In this document: positions 1-15,000 of the stretch, one piece after another | Position numbering within the stretch: the first letter of the stretch is position 1 | Layout of the letters: each line of letters starts with the position of its first letter | Source of the DNA: Auanema rhodensis | Lineage: Eukaryota; Animalia; Nematoda | DNA length: 64,000 nt | Direction: 5' to 3' | Assembly: GCA_964057225.1 (NCBI GenBank) | Contig: OZ059895.1 | Location: 3,038,001-3,102,000 of the forward strand | Notes under the pieces: generated by a model | The model's input: only the letters and a program-made list of their open reading frames with translations | What the model was told of the DNA's origin: nothing | Databases searched by the model: none | Made by a program: the position numbers and the translations under genes

Positions 1-3000
1 AAAATATACGCAGCACAGGTTACCCTTAAATAATGAACTGACTGTCTAATCAGACATGGATCTTCCCAAGTTCTGTTGCTTGAATGGATGTTTTCCTACG
101 TAGGCTAGTAAAACATGCCCTTCAAAGCATCAGAACATGTGATCACATTCCAATTTTTTTGTATCTATCTTGTAAAGATAGTAATATATCATATGTTGAA
201 CACTATGTTGGAAAGATTTTGATTCAGATTTTCGAACTTTTATTCAGTTTGTTTTTTAAACTTTGATTAAGAACTTTGATTTTTGTACACCCATAAATTA
301 TACGCAGCACAGGTTACCCTTAATTAATGAACTGACCGACTAATCAGACATGAATCTTTCCAAGTTCTGTTGCTTGAACGGATGTTTTCCTACGAAGGCT
401 AGTAAAACATGCCCTTCAAAGCATCAGAACATGTGATCACATTCCAATATTTTTGTATCTATCTTGTAAAGATAGTAATATATCATATGTTGAACACTAT
501 GTTGGAAAGATTTTAATTCGGTTTTTTTTCAACTTTCACTCAGTTTGTTTTCTTAACTTTGATTAAGAACCTTGAGTTTTGTACACCCATAAATTATACG
601 CAGCACAGGTTACCCTTAAATAATGAACTGACCGACTAATCAGACATGGATCTTTCCTAGTTCTGTTGCTTGAATGGATGTTTTCCTACGTAGGCTAGTA
701 AAACATGCCCTTCAAAGCATCAGAACATGTGATCACATTCCAATATTTTTGTATCTATCTTGTAAAGATAGTAATATATCATATGTTGAACACTATGTTG
801 GAAAGATTTTAATTCAGATTTTTTCAACTTTCACTCAGTTTGTTTTCTAAACTTTGATTAAGAACCTTGAGTTTTGTACACCCATAAATTATACGCAGCA
901 CAGGTTACCCTTAAATAATGAACTGACCGACTAATCAGACATGGATCTTTCCTAGTTCTGTTGCTTGAACGGATGTTTTCCTACGTAGGCTAGTAAAACA
1001 TGCCCTTCAAAGCATCAGAACATGTGATCACATTCCAATATTTTTGTATCTATCTTGTAAAGATAGTAATATATCATATGTTGAACACTATGTTGGAAAG
1101 ATTTTAAATCAAATTTTTTCAACTTTCACTCAGTTTGTTTTCTTAACTTTGATTAAGAACCTTGTTGTTCGTACACCCATAAAATATACGCAGCACAGGT
1201 TACCCTTAAATAATGAACTGACCGACTAATCAGACATGGATCTTTCCAAGTTCTGTTGCTTGAACGGATGTTTTCCTACGTAGGCTAGTAAAACATGCCC
1301 TTCAAAGCTTCAGAACATGTGATCAAATTCCAATTTTTTTGTATCTATCTTGTAAAGATAGTAATATATCATATGTTGAACACTATGTTGGAAAGATTTT
1401 CATTCAGATTTTTTAATTTTTATTCAGTTTGTTTTTTAAACTTTGATTAAGAACTTTGATTTTTGTTTACCCATAAATTATACGCAGCACAGGTTACCCT
1501 TAAATAATGAACTGACCGACTAATCAGACATGGATCTTTCCAAGTTCTGTTGCTTGAACGGATGTTTTCCTACGTAGGCTAGTAAAACATGCCCTTCAAA
1601 GCATCAGAACATGTGATCACATTCCAATTTTTTTGTATCTATCTTGTAAAGATAGTAATATATCATATGTTGAACACTATGTTGGAAAGATTTTAATTCA
1701 GATTTTTTCAACTTTCACTCAGTTTGTTTTCTAAACTTTGATTGAGAACCTTGAGTTTTGTACACCCATAAATTATACGCAGCACAGGTTACCCTTAAAT
1801 AATGAACTAACCGACTAATCAGACATGGATCTTTCCTAGTTCTGTTGCTTGAATGGATGTTTTCCTACGTAGGCTAGTAAAACATGCCCTTCAAAGCATC
1901 AGAACATGTGACCACATTCCAATTTTTTTGTATCTATCTTGTAAAGATAGTAATATATCATATGTTGAACACTATGTTGGAAAGATTTTAATTCAGATTT
2001 TTTCAACTTTCACTCAGTTTGTTTTCTAAACTTTGATTAAGAACCTTGAGTTTTGTACACCCATAAAATATACGCAGCACAGGTTACCCTTAAATAATGA
2101 ACTGACTGTCTAATCAGACATGGATCTTCCCAAGTTCTGTTGCTTGAATGGATGTTTTCCTACGTAGGCTAGTAAAACATGCCCTTCAAAGCATCAGAAC
2201 ATGTGATCACATTCCAATTTTTTTGTATCTATCTTGTAAAGATAGTAATATATCATATGTTGAACACTATGTTGGAAAGATTTTGATTCAGATTTTCGAA
2301 CTTTTATTCAGTTTGTTTTTTAAACTTTGATTAAGAACTTTGATTTTTGTACACCCATAAATTATACGCAGCACAGGTTACCCTTAATTAATGAACTGAC
2401 CGACTAATCAGACATGAATCTTTCCAAGTTCTGTTGCTTGAACGGATGTTTTCCTACGAAGGCTAGTAAAACATGCCCTTCAAAGCATCAGAACATGTGA
2501 TCACATTCCAATATTTTTGTATCTATCTTGTAAAGATAGTAATATATCATATGTTGATCACTATGTTGGAAAGATTTTAATTCGGTTTTTTTTCAACTTT
2601 CACTCAGTTTGTTTTCTAAACTTTGATTAAGAACCTTGAGTTTTGTACACCCATAAATTATACGCAGCACAGGTTACCCTTAAATAATGAACTGACCGAC
2701 TAATCAGACATGGATCTTTCCTAGTTCTGTTGCTTGAACGGATGTTTTCCTACGTAGGCTAGTAAAACATGCCCTTCAAAGCATCAGAACATGTGATCAC
2801 ATTCCAATATTTTTGTATCTATCTTGTAAAGATAGTAATATATCATATGTTGAACACTATGTTGGAAAGATTTTAAATCAGATTTTTTCAACTTTCACTC
2901 AGTTTGTTTTCTTAACTTTGATTAAGAACCTTGTTGTTCGTACACCCATAAAATATACGCAGCACAGGTTACCCTTAAATAATGAACTGACCGACTAATC

Positions 3001-6000
3001 AGACATGGATCTTTCCAAGTTCTGTTGCTTGAACGGATGTTTTCCTACGTAGGCTAGTAAAACATGCCCTTCAAAGCATCAGAACATGTGATCAAATTCC
3101 AATTTTTTTGTATCTATCTTGTAAAGATAGTAATATATCATATGTTGAACACTATGTTGGAAAGATTTTCATTCAGATTTTTTAATTTTTATTCAGTTTG
3201 TTTTTTAAACTTTGATTAAGAACTTTGATTTTTGTTTACCCATAAATTATACGCAGCACAGGTTACCCTTAAATAATGAACTGACCGACTAATCAGACAT
3301 GGATCTTTCCAAGTTCTGTTGCTTGAACGGATGTTTTCCTACGTAGGCTAGTAAAACATGCCCTTCAAAGCATCAGAACATGTGATCACATTCCAATTTT
3401 TTTGTATCTATCTTGTAAAGATAGTAATATATCATATGTTGAACACTTTGTTGGAAAGATTTTAATTCAGATTTTTTCAACTTTCACTCAGTTTGTTTTC
3501 TAAACTTTGATTAAGAACCTTGTTGTTTGTACACCCATAAAATATACGCAGCACAGGTTACCCTTAAATAATGAACTGACCGACTAATCAGACATGGATC
3601 TTTCCTAGTTCTGTTGCTTGAATGGATGTTTTCCTACGTAGGCTAGTAAAACATGCCCTTCAAAGCATCAGAACATGTGATCACATTCCAATTTTTTTGT
3701 ATCTATCTTGTAAAGATAGTAATATATCATATGTTGAACACTATGTTGGAAAGATTTTAATTCAGATTTTTTCAACTTTCACTCAGTTTGTTTTCTTAAC
3801 TTTGATTAAGAACCTTGAGTTTTGTACACCCATAAATTATACGCAGCACAGGTTACCCTTAAATAATGAACTGACCGACTAATCAGACATGGATCTTTCC
3901 TAGTTCTGTTGCTTGAATGGATGTTTTCCTACGTAGGCTAGTAAAACATGCCCTTCAAAGCATCAGAACATGTGATCACATTCCAATATTTTTGTATCTA
4001 TCTTGTAAAGATAGTAATATATCATATGTTGAACACTATGTTGGAAAGATTTTAATTCAGATTTTTTCAACTTTCACTCAGTTTGTTTTCTAAACTTTGA
4101 TTAAGAACCTTGAGTTTTGTACACCCATAAATTATACGCAGCACAGGTTACCCTTAAATAATGAACTGACCGACTAATCAGACATGGATCTTTCCTAGTT
4201 CTGTTGCTTGAATGGATGTTTTCCTACGTAGGCTAGTAAAACATGCCCTTCAAAGCATCAGAACATGTGATCACATTCCAATTTTTTTGTATCTATCTTG
4301 TAAAGATAGTAATATATCATATGTTGAACACTATGTTGGAAAAATTTTAATTCAGATTTTCGAACTTTTATTCAGTTTGTTTTTCAAACTTTGATTAAGA
4401 ACTTTGATTTTCGTACTCCCATAAATTATACGCAGCACAGGTTACCCTTAATTAATGAACTGACCGACTAATCAGACATGGATCTTTCCAAGTTCTGTTG
4501 CTTGAACGGATGTTTTCCTACGTAGGCTAGTAAAACATGCCCTTCAAAGCATCAGAACATGTGATCACATTCCAATTTTTTTGTATCTATCTTGTAAAGA
4601 TAGTAATATATCATATGTTGAACACTATGTTGGAAAGATTTTAATTCAGATTTTTTCAACTTTCACTCAGTTTGTTTTCTAAACTTTGATTAAGAACCTT
4701 GTTGTTTGTACACCCATAAAATATACGCAGCACAGGTTACCCTTAAATAATGAACTGACCGACTAATCAGACATGGATCTTTCCTAGTTCTGTTGCTTGA
4801 ATGGATGTTTTCCTACGTAGGCTAGTAAAACATGCCCTTCAAAGCATCAGAACATGTGATCACATTCCAATTTTTTTGTATCTATCTTGTAAAGATAGTA
4901 ATATATCATATGTTGAACACTATGTTGGAAAGATTTTAATTCAGATTTTCGAACTTTTATTCAGTTTGTTTTTCAAACTTTGATTAAGAACTTTGATTTT
5001 TGTACACCCATAAATTATACGCAGCACAGGTTACCCTTAATTAATGAACTGACCGACTTATCAGACATGGATCTTTCCAAGTTCTGTTGCTTGAACGGAT
5101 GTTTTCCTACGAAGGCTAGTAAAACATGCCCTTCAAAGCATCAGAACATGTGATCACATTCCAATATTTTTGTAACTATCTTGTAAAGATAGTAATATAT
5201 CATATGTTGAACACTATGTTGGAAAGATTTTAATTCAGATTTTTTCAACTTTCACTCAGTTTGTTTTCTTAACTTTGATTAAGAACCTTGAGTTTTGTAC
5301 ACCCATAAATTATACGCAGCACAGGTTACCCTTAAATAATGAACTGACCGACTAATCAGACATGGATCTTTCCAAGTTCTGTTGCTTGAACGGATGTTTT
5401 CCTACGTAGGCTAGTAAAACATGCCCTTCAAAGCATCAGAACATGTGATCACATTCCAATTTTTTTGTATCTATCTTGTAAAGATAGTAATATATCATAT
5501 GTTGAACACTATGTTGGAAAAATTTTAATTCAGATTTTCGAACTTTTATTCAGTTTGTTTTTCAAACTTTGATTAAGAACTTTGATTTTCGTACTCCCAT
5601 AAATTATACGCAGCACAGGTTACCCTTAATTAATGAACTGACCGACTAATCAGACATGGATCTTTCCAAGTTCTGTTGCTTGAACGGATGTTTTCCTACG
5701 CAGGCTAGTAAAACATGCCCTTCAAAGCATCAGAACATGTGACCACATTCCAATTTTTTTGTATCTATCTTGTAAAGATAGTAATAAACTTTGATTTTTG
5801 TACACCCATAAATTATACGCAGCACAGGTTACCCTTAAATAATGATTTGACCGACTAATCAGACATGGATCTTTCCAAGTTCTGTTGCTTGAACGGATGT
5901 TTTCCTACGTAGGCTAGTAAAACATGCCCTTCAAAGCATCAGAACATGTGATCAGATTCCAATTTTTTTGTATCTATCTTGTAAAGATAGTAATATATCA

Positions 6001-9000
6001 TATGTTGAACACTATGTTGGAAAGATTTTAATTCAGATTTTTTCAACTTTCACTCAGTTTGTTTTCTAAACTTTGATTAAGAACCTTGTTGTTTGCACAC
6101 CCATAAAATATACGCAGCGCAGGTTACCCTTAAATAATGAACTGACCGTCTAATCAGACATGGATCTTCCCAAGTTCTGTTGCTTGAATGGATGTTTTCC
6201 TACGTAGGCTAGTAAAACATGCCCTTCAAAGCATCAGAACATGTGACCACATTCCAATTTTTTTGTATCTATCTTGTAAAGATAGTAATATATCATATGT
6301 TGAACACTATGTTGGAAAGATTTTAATTCAGATTTTTTCAACTTTCACTCAGTTTGTTTTCTAAACTTTGATTAAGAACTTTGATTTTTGTACACCCATA
6401 AATTATACGCAGCACAGGTTACCCTTAATTAATGAACTGACCGACTTATCAGACATGGATCTTTCCAAGTTCTGTTGCTTGAACGGATGTTTTCCTACGA
6501 AGGCTAGTAAAACATGCCCTTCAAAGCATCAGAACATGTGATCACATTCCAATATTTTTGTAACTATCTTGTAAAGATAGTAATATATCATATGTTGAAC
6601 ACTATGTTGGAAAGATTTTAATTCAGATTTTTTCAACTTTCACTCAGTTTGTTTTCTTAACTTTGATTAAGAACCTTGAGTTTTGTACACCCATAAATTA
6701 TACGCAGCACAGGTTACCCTTAAATAATGAACTGACCGACTAATCAGACATGGATCTTTCCAAGTTCTGTTGCTTGAACGGATGTTTTCCTACGTAGGCT
6801 AGTAAAACATGCCCTTCAAAGCATCAGAACATGTGATCACATTCCAATTTTTTTGTATCTATCTTGTAAAGATAGTAATATATCATATGTTGAACACTAT
6901 GTTGGAAAAATTTTAATTCAGATTTTCGAACTTTTATTCAGTTTGTTTTTCAAACTTTGATTAAGAACTTTGATTTTCGTACTCCCATAAATTATACGCA
7001 GCACAGGTTACCCTTAATTAATGAACTGACCGACTAATCAGACATGGATCTTTCCAAGTTCTGTTGCTTGAACGGATGTTTTCCTACGTAGGCTAGTAAA
7101 ACATGCCCTTCAAAGCATCAGAACATGTGACCACATTCCAATTTTTTTGTATCTATCTTGTAAAGATAGTAATAAACTTTGATTTTTGTACACCCATAAA
7201 TTATACGCAGCACAGGTTACCCTTAAATAATGATTTGACCGACTAATCAGACATGGATCTTTCCAAGTTCTGTTGCTTGAACGGATGTTTTCCTACGTAG
7301 GCTAGTAAAACATGCCCTTCAAAGCATCAGAACATGTGATCACATTCCAATTTTTTTGTATCTATCTTGTAAAGATAGTAATATATCATATGTTGAACAC
7401 TATGTTGGAAAGATTTTAATTCAGATTTTTTCAACTTTCACTCAGTTTGTTTTCTAAACTTTGATTAAGAACCTTGTTGTTTGCACACCCATAAAATATA
7501 CGCAGCGCAGGTTACCCTTAAATAATGAACTGACCGTCTAATCAGACATGGATCTTCCCAAGTTCTGTTGCTTGAATGGATGTTTTCCTACGTAGGCTAG
7601 TAAAACATGCCCTTCAAAGCATCAGAACATGTGACCACATTCCAATTTTTTTGTATCTATCTTGTAAAGATAGTAATATATCATATGTTGATCACTATGT
7701 TGGAAAGATTTTAATTCGGTTTTTTTTCAACTTTCACTCAGTTTGTTTTCTAAACTTTGATTAAGAACCTTGAGTTTTGTACACCCATAAATTATACGCA
7801 GCACAGGTTACCCTTAAATAATGAACTGACCGACTAATCAGACATGGATCTTTCCTAGTTCTGTTGCTTGAACGGATGTTTTCCTACGTAGGCTAGTAAA
7901 ACATGCCCTTCAAAGCATCAGAACATGTGATCACATTCCAATACTTTTGTATCTATCTTGTAAAGATAGTAATATATCATATGTTGAACACTATGTTGGA
8001 AAGATTTTAAATCAGATTTTTTCAACTTTCACTCAGTTTGTTTTCTTAACTTTGATTAAGAACCTTGTTGTTCGTACACCCATAAAATATACGCAGCACA
8101 GGTTACCCTTAAATAATGAACTGACCGACTAATCAGACATGGATCTTTCCAAGTTCTGTTGCTTGAACGGATGTTTTCCTACGTAGGCTAGTAAAACATG
8201 CCCTTCAAAGCATCAGAACATGTGATCAAATTCCAATTTTTTTGTATCTATCTTGTAAAGATAGTAATATATCATATGTTGAACACTATGTTGGAAAGAT
8301 TTTCATTCAGATTTTTTAATTTTTATTCAGTTTGTTTTTTAAACTTTGATTAAGAACTTTGATTTTTGTTTACCCATAAATTATACGCAGCACAGGTTAC
8401 CCTTAAATAATGAACTGACCGACTAATCAGACATGGATCTTTCCAAGTTCTGTTGCTTGAACGGATGTTTTCCTACGTAGGCTAGTAAAACATGCCCTTC
8501 AAAGCATCAGAACATGTGATCACATTCCAATTTTTTTGTATCTATCTTGTAAAGATAGTAATATATCATATGTTGAACACTTTGTTGGAAAGATTTTAAT
8601 TCAGATTTTTTCAACTTTCACTCAGTTTGTTTTCTAAACTTTGATTAAGAACCTTGTTGTTTGTACACCCATAAAATATACGCAGCACAGGTTACCCTTA
8701 AATAATGAACTGACCGACTAATCAGACATGGATCTTTCCTAGTTCTGTTGCTTGAATGGATGTTTTCCTACGTAGGCTAGTAAAACATGCCCTTCAAAGC
8801 ATCAGAACATGTGATCACATTCCAATTTTTTTGTATCTATCTTGTAAAGATAGTAATATATCATATGTTGAACACTATGTTGGAAAGATTTTAATTCAGA
8901 TTTTTTCAACTTTCACTCAGTTTGTTTTCTTAACTTTGATTAAGAACCTTGAGTTTTGTACACCCATAAATTATACGCAGCACAGGTTACCCTTAAATAA

Positions 9001-12000
9001 TGAACTGACCGACTAATCAGACATGGATCTTTCCTAGTTCTGTTGCTTGAATGGATGTTTTCCTACGTAGGCTAGTAAAACATGCCCTTCAAAGCATCAG
9101 AACATGTGATCACATTCCAATATTTTTGTATCTATCTTGTAAAGATAGTAATATATCATATGTTGAACACTATGTTGGAAAGATTTTAATTCAGATTTTT
9201 TCAACTTTCACTCAGTTTGTTTTCTAAACTTTGATTAAGAACCTTGAGTTTTGTACACCCATAAATTATACGCAGCACAGGTTACCCTTAAATAATGAAC
9301 TGACCGACTAATCAGACATGGATCTTTCCTAGTTCTGTTGCTTGAATGGATGTTTTCCTACGTAGGCTAGTAAAACATGCCCTTCAAAGCATCAGAACAT
9401 GTGATCACATTCCAATTTTTTTGTATCTATCTTGTAAAGATAGTAATATATCATATGTTGAACACTATGTTGGAAAAATTTTAATTCAGATTTTCGAACT
9501 TTTATTCAGTTTGTTTTTCAAACTTTGATTAAGAACTTTGATTTTCGTACTCCCATAAATTATACGCAGCACAGGTTACCCTTAATTAATGAACTGACCG
9601 ACTAATCAGACATGGATCTTTCCAAGTTCTGTTGCTTGAACGGATGTTTTCCTACGTAGGCTAGTAAAACATGCCCTTCAAAGCATCAGAACATGTGATC
9701 ACATTCCAATTTTTTTGTATCTATCTTGTAAAGATAGTAATATATCATATGTTGAACACTATGTTGGAAAGATTTTAATTCAGATTTTTTCAACTTTCAC
9801 TCAGTTTGTTTTCTAAACTTTGATTAAGAACCTTGTTGTTTGTACACCCATAAAATATACGCAGCACAGGTTACCCTTAAATAATGAACTGACCGACTAA
9901 TCAGACATGGATCTTTCCTAGTTCTGTTGCTTGAATGGATGTTTTCCTACGTAGGCTAGTAAAACATGCCCTTCAAAGCATCAGAACATGTGATCACATT
10001 CCAATTTTTTTGTATCTATCTTGTAAAGATAGTAATATATCATATGTTGAACACTATGTTGGAAAGATTTTAATTCAGATTTTCGAACTTTTATTCAGTT
10101 TGTTTTTCAAACTTTGATTAAGAACTTTGATTTTTGTACACCCATAAATTATACGCAGCACAGGTTACCCTTAATTAATGAACTGACCGACTTATCAGAC
10201 ATGGATCTTTCCAAGTTCTGTTGCTTGAACGGATGTTTTCCTACGAAGGCTAGTAAAACATGCCCTTCAAAGCATCAGAACATGTGATCACATTCCAATA
10301 TTTTTGTAACTATCTTGTAAAGATAGTAATATATCATATGTTGAACACTATGTTGGAAAGATTTTAATTCAGATTTTTTCAACTTTCACTCAGTTTGTTT
10401 TCTTAACTTTGATTAAGAACCTTGAGTTTTGTACACCCATAAATTATACGCAGCACAGGTTACCCTTAAATAATGAACTGACCGACTAATCAGACATGGA
10501 TCTTTCCAAGTTCTGTTGCTTGAACGGATGTTTTCCTACGTAGGCTAGTAAAACATGCCCTTCAAAGCATCAGAACATGTGATCACATTCCAATTTTTTT
10601 GTATCTATCTTGTAAAGATAGTAATATATCATATGTTGAACACTATGTTGGAAAAATTTTAATTCAGATTTTCGAACTTTTATTCAGTTTGTTTTTCAAA
10701 CTTTGATTAAGAACTTTGATTTTCGTACTCCCATAAATTATACGCAGCACAGGTTACCCTTAAATAATGAACTGACCGACTAATCAGACATGGATCTTCC
10801 CAAGTTCTGTTGCTTGAATGGATGTTTTCCTTCGTAGGCTAGTAAAACATGCCCTTCAAAGCATCAGAACATGTGACCACATTCCAATTTTTTTGTATCT
10901 ATCTTGTAAAGATAGTAATATATCATATGTTGAACACTATGTTGGAAAGATTTTAATTCAGATTTTCTAACTTTTATTCAGTTTGTTTTTTAAACTTTGA
11001 TTAAGAACCTTGTTGTTTGTACACCCATAAAATATACGCAGCACAGGTTACCCTTAAATAATGAACTGACCGACTAATCAGACATGGATCTTCCCAAGTT
11101 CTGTTGCTTGAATGGATGTTTTCCTTCGTAGGCTAGTAAAACATGCCCTTCAAAGCATCAGAACATGTGATCACATTCCAATTTTTTTGTATCTATCTTG
11201 TAAAGATAGTAATATATCATATGTTGAACACTATGTTGGAAAGATTTTAATTCAGATTTTCTAACTTTTATTCAGTTTGTTTTTTAAACTTTGATTAAGA
11301 ACTTTGATTTTCGTACACCCATAAATTATACGCAGCACAGGTTACCCTTAATTAATGAACTGACCGACTAATCAGACATGGATCTTTCCAAGTACTGTTG
11401 CTTGAACGGATGTTTTCCTACGTAGGCTAGTAAAACATGCCCTTCAAAGCATCAGAACATGTGACCACATTCCAATTTTTTTGTATCTATCTTGTAAAGA
11501 TAGTAATATATCATATGTTGAACACTATGTTGGAAAGATTTTAATTCAGATTTTTTCAACTTTCACTCAGTTTGTTTTCTAAACTTTGATTAAGAACCTT
11601 GAGTTTTGTACACCCATAAATTATACGCAGCACAGGTTACCCTTAAATAATAAACTGACCGTCTAATCAGACATGGATCTTCCCAAGTTCTGTTGCTTGA
11701 ATGGATGTTTTCCTACGTAGGCTAGTAAAACATGCCCTTCAAAGCATCAGAACATGTGACCACATTCCAATTTTTTTGTATCTATCTTGTAAAGATAGTA
11801 ATATATCATATGTTGAACACTATGTTGGAAAGATTTTAATTCAGATTTTTTCAACTTTCACTCAGTTTGTTTTCTAAACTTTGATTAAGAACTTTGATTT
11901 TTGTACACCCATAAATTATACGCAGCACAGGTTACCCTTAAATAATGAACTGACCGACTAATCAGACATGGATCTTCCCAAGTTCTGTTGCTTGAATGGA

Positions 12001-15000
12001 TGTTTTCCTACGTAGGCTAGTAAAACATGCCCTTCAAAGCATCAGAACATGTGACCACATTCCAATTTTTTTGTATCTATCTTGTAAAGATAGTAATATA
12101 TCATATGTTGAACACTATGTTGGAAAGATTTTAATTCAGATTTTCTAACTTTTATTCAGTTTGTTTTTTAAACTTTGATTGAGAACTTTGATTTTTGTAC
12201 ACCCATAAATTATACGCAGCACAGGTTACCCTTAAATAATGAACTGACCGACTAATCAGACATGGATCTTTCCTAGTTCTGTTGCTTGAATGGATGTTTT
12301 CCTACGTAGGCTAGTAAAACATGCCCTTCAAAGCATCAGAACATGTGATCACATTCCAATTTTTTTGTATCTATCTTGTAAAGATAGTAATATATCATAT
12401 GTTGAACACTATGTTGGAAAGATTTTAATTCAGATTTTCTAACTTTTATTCAGTTTGTTTTTTAAACTTTGATTGAGAACTTTGATTTTTGTACACCCAT
12501 AAATTATACGCAGCACAGGTTACCCTTAAATAATGAACTGACCGACTAATCAGACATGGATCTTTCCTAGTTCTGTTGCTTGAATGGATGTTTTCCTACG
12601 TAGGCTAGTAAAACATGCCCTTCAAAGCATCAGAACATGTGATCAAATTCCAATATTTTTGTATCTATCTTGTAAAGATAGTAATATATCATATGTTGAA
12701 CACTATGTTGGAAAGATTTTAATTCAGATTTTCTAACTTTTATTCAGTTTGTTTTTTAAACTTTGATTAAGAACTTTGATTTTTGTACACCCATAAATTA
12801 TACGCAGCACAGGTTACCCTTGAATAATGAACTGACCGACTAATCAGACATGGATCTTTCCTAGTTCTGTTGCTTGAATGGATGTTTTCCTACGTAGGCT
12901 AGTAAAACATGCCCTTCAAAGCATCAGAACATGTGATCACATTCCAATTTTTTTGTATCTATCTTGTAAAGATAGTAATAAACTTTGATTTTTGTACACC
13001 CATAAATTATACGCAGCACAGGTTACCCTTAAATAATGAACTGACCGACTAATCAGACATGGATCTTTCCAAGTTCTGTTGCTTGAACGGATGTTTTCCT
13101 ACGTAGGCTAGTAAAACATTCCCTTCAAAGCATCAGAACATGTGATCACATTTCAATTTTTTTGTATCTATCTTGTAAAGATAGTAATATATCATATGTT
13201 GAACACTATGTTGGAAAGATTTTAATTCAGATTTTTTCAACTTTCACTCAGTTTGTTTTCTAAACTTTGATTAAGAACCTTGTTGTTTGTACACCCATAA
13301 AATATACGCAGCACAGGTTACCCTTAAATAATGAACTGACCGTCTAATCAGACATGGATCTTCCCAAGTTCTGTTGCTTGAATGGATGTTTTCCTACGTA
13401 GGCTAGTAAAACATGACCTTCAAAGCATCAGAACATGTGATCACATTCCAATATTTTTGTATCTATCTTGTAAAGATAGTAATATATCATATGTTGAACA
13501 CTATGTTGGAAAGATTTTAATTCAGATTTTCTAACTTTTATTCAGTTTGTTTTTTAAACTTTGATTAAGAACTTTGATTTTTGTACACCCATAAATTATA
13601 CGCAGCACAGGTTACCCTTGAATAATGAACTGACCGACTAATCAGACATGGATCTTTCCTAGTTCTGTTGCTTGAATGGATGTTTTCCTACGTAGGCTAG
13701 TAAAACATGCCCTTCAAAGCATCAGAACATGTGATCACATTCCAATTTTTTTGTATCTATCTTGTAAAGATAGTAATAAACTTTGATTTTTGTACACCCA
13801 TAAATTATACGCAGCACAGGTTACCCTTAAATAATGAACTGACCGACTAATCAGACATGGATCTTTCCAAGTTCTGTTGCTTGAACGGATGTTTTCCTAC
13901 GTAGGCTAGTAAAACATGCCCTTCAAAGCATCAGAACATGTGATCACATTTCAACTTTTTTGTATCTATCTTGTAAAGATAGTAATATATCATATGTTGA
14001 ACACTATGTTGGAAAGATTTTAATTCAGATTTTTTCAACTTTCACTCAGTTTGTTTTCTAAACTTTGATTAAGAACCTTGTTGTTTGTACACCCATAAAA
14101 TATACGCAGCACAGGTAACCCTTAAATAATGAACTGACCGTCTAATCAGACATGGATCTTCCCAAGTTCTGTTGCTTGAATGGATGTTTTCCTACGTAGG
14201 CTAGTAAAACATGCCCTTCAAAGCATCAGAACATGTGATCACATTCCAATTTTTTTGTATCTATCTTGTAAAGATAGTAATATATCATATGTTGAACACT
14301 ATGTTGGAAAGATTTTAATTCGGTTTTTTTAATTTTTATTCAGTTTGTTTTTTAAACTTTGATTAAGAACTTTGATTTTTGTACACCCATAAATTATACG
14401 CAGCACAGGTTACCCTTAAATAATGAACTGACCGACTAATCAGACATGAATCTTTCCAAGTTCTGTTGCTTGAATGGATGTTTTCCTACGTAGGCTAGTA
14501 AAACATGCCCTTCAAAGCATCAGAACATGTGATCAAATTCCAATTTTTTTGTATCTATCTTGTAAAGATAGTAATATATCATATGTTGAACACTATGTTG
14601 GAAAGATTTTAATTCGGTTATTTTAATTTTTATTCAGTTTGTTTTTTAAACTTTGATTAAGAACTTTGATTTTTGTACACCCATAAATTATACGCAGCAC
14701 AGGTTACCCTTAAATAATGAACTGACCGTCTAATCAGACATGGATCTTCCCAAGTTCTGTTGCTTGAATGGATGTTTTCCTACGTAGGCTAGTAAAACAT
14801 GCCCTTCAAAGCATCAGAACATGTGATCAAATTCCAATTTTTTTGTATCTATCTCGTAAAGATAGTAATATATCATATGTTGAACACTATGTTGGAAAGA
14901 TTTTCATTCAGATTTTTTAATTTTTATTCAGTTTGTTTTTTAAACTTTGATTAAGAACTTTGATTTTTGTACACCCATAAATTATACGCAGCACAGGTTA

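Noticed and set aside
1511-1530. Hammerhead ribozyme in the monomer, as in some animal satellites
   Set aside because: The closest matches (ctgaccga on plus, ctgatgc on minus) do not fit the CUGANGA core with a correctly placed GAAA. An Infernal search would settle it.
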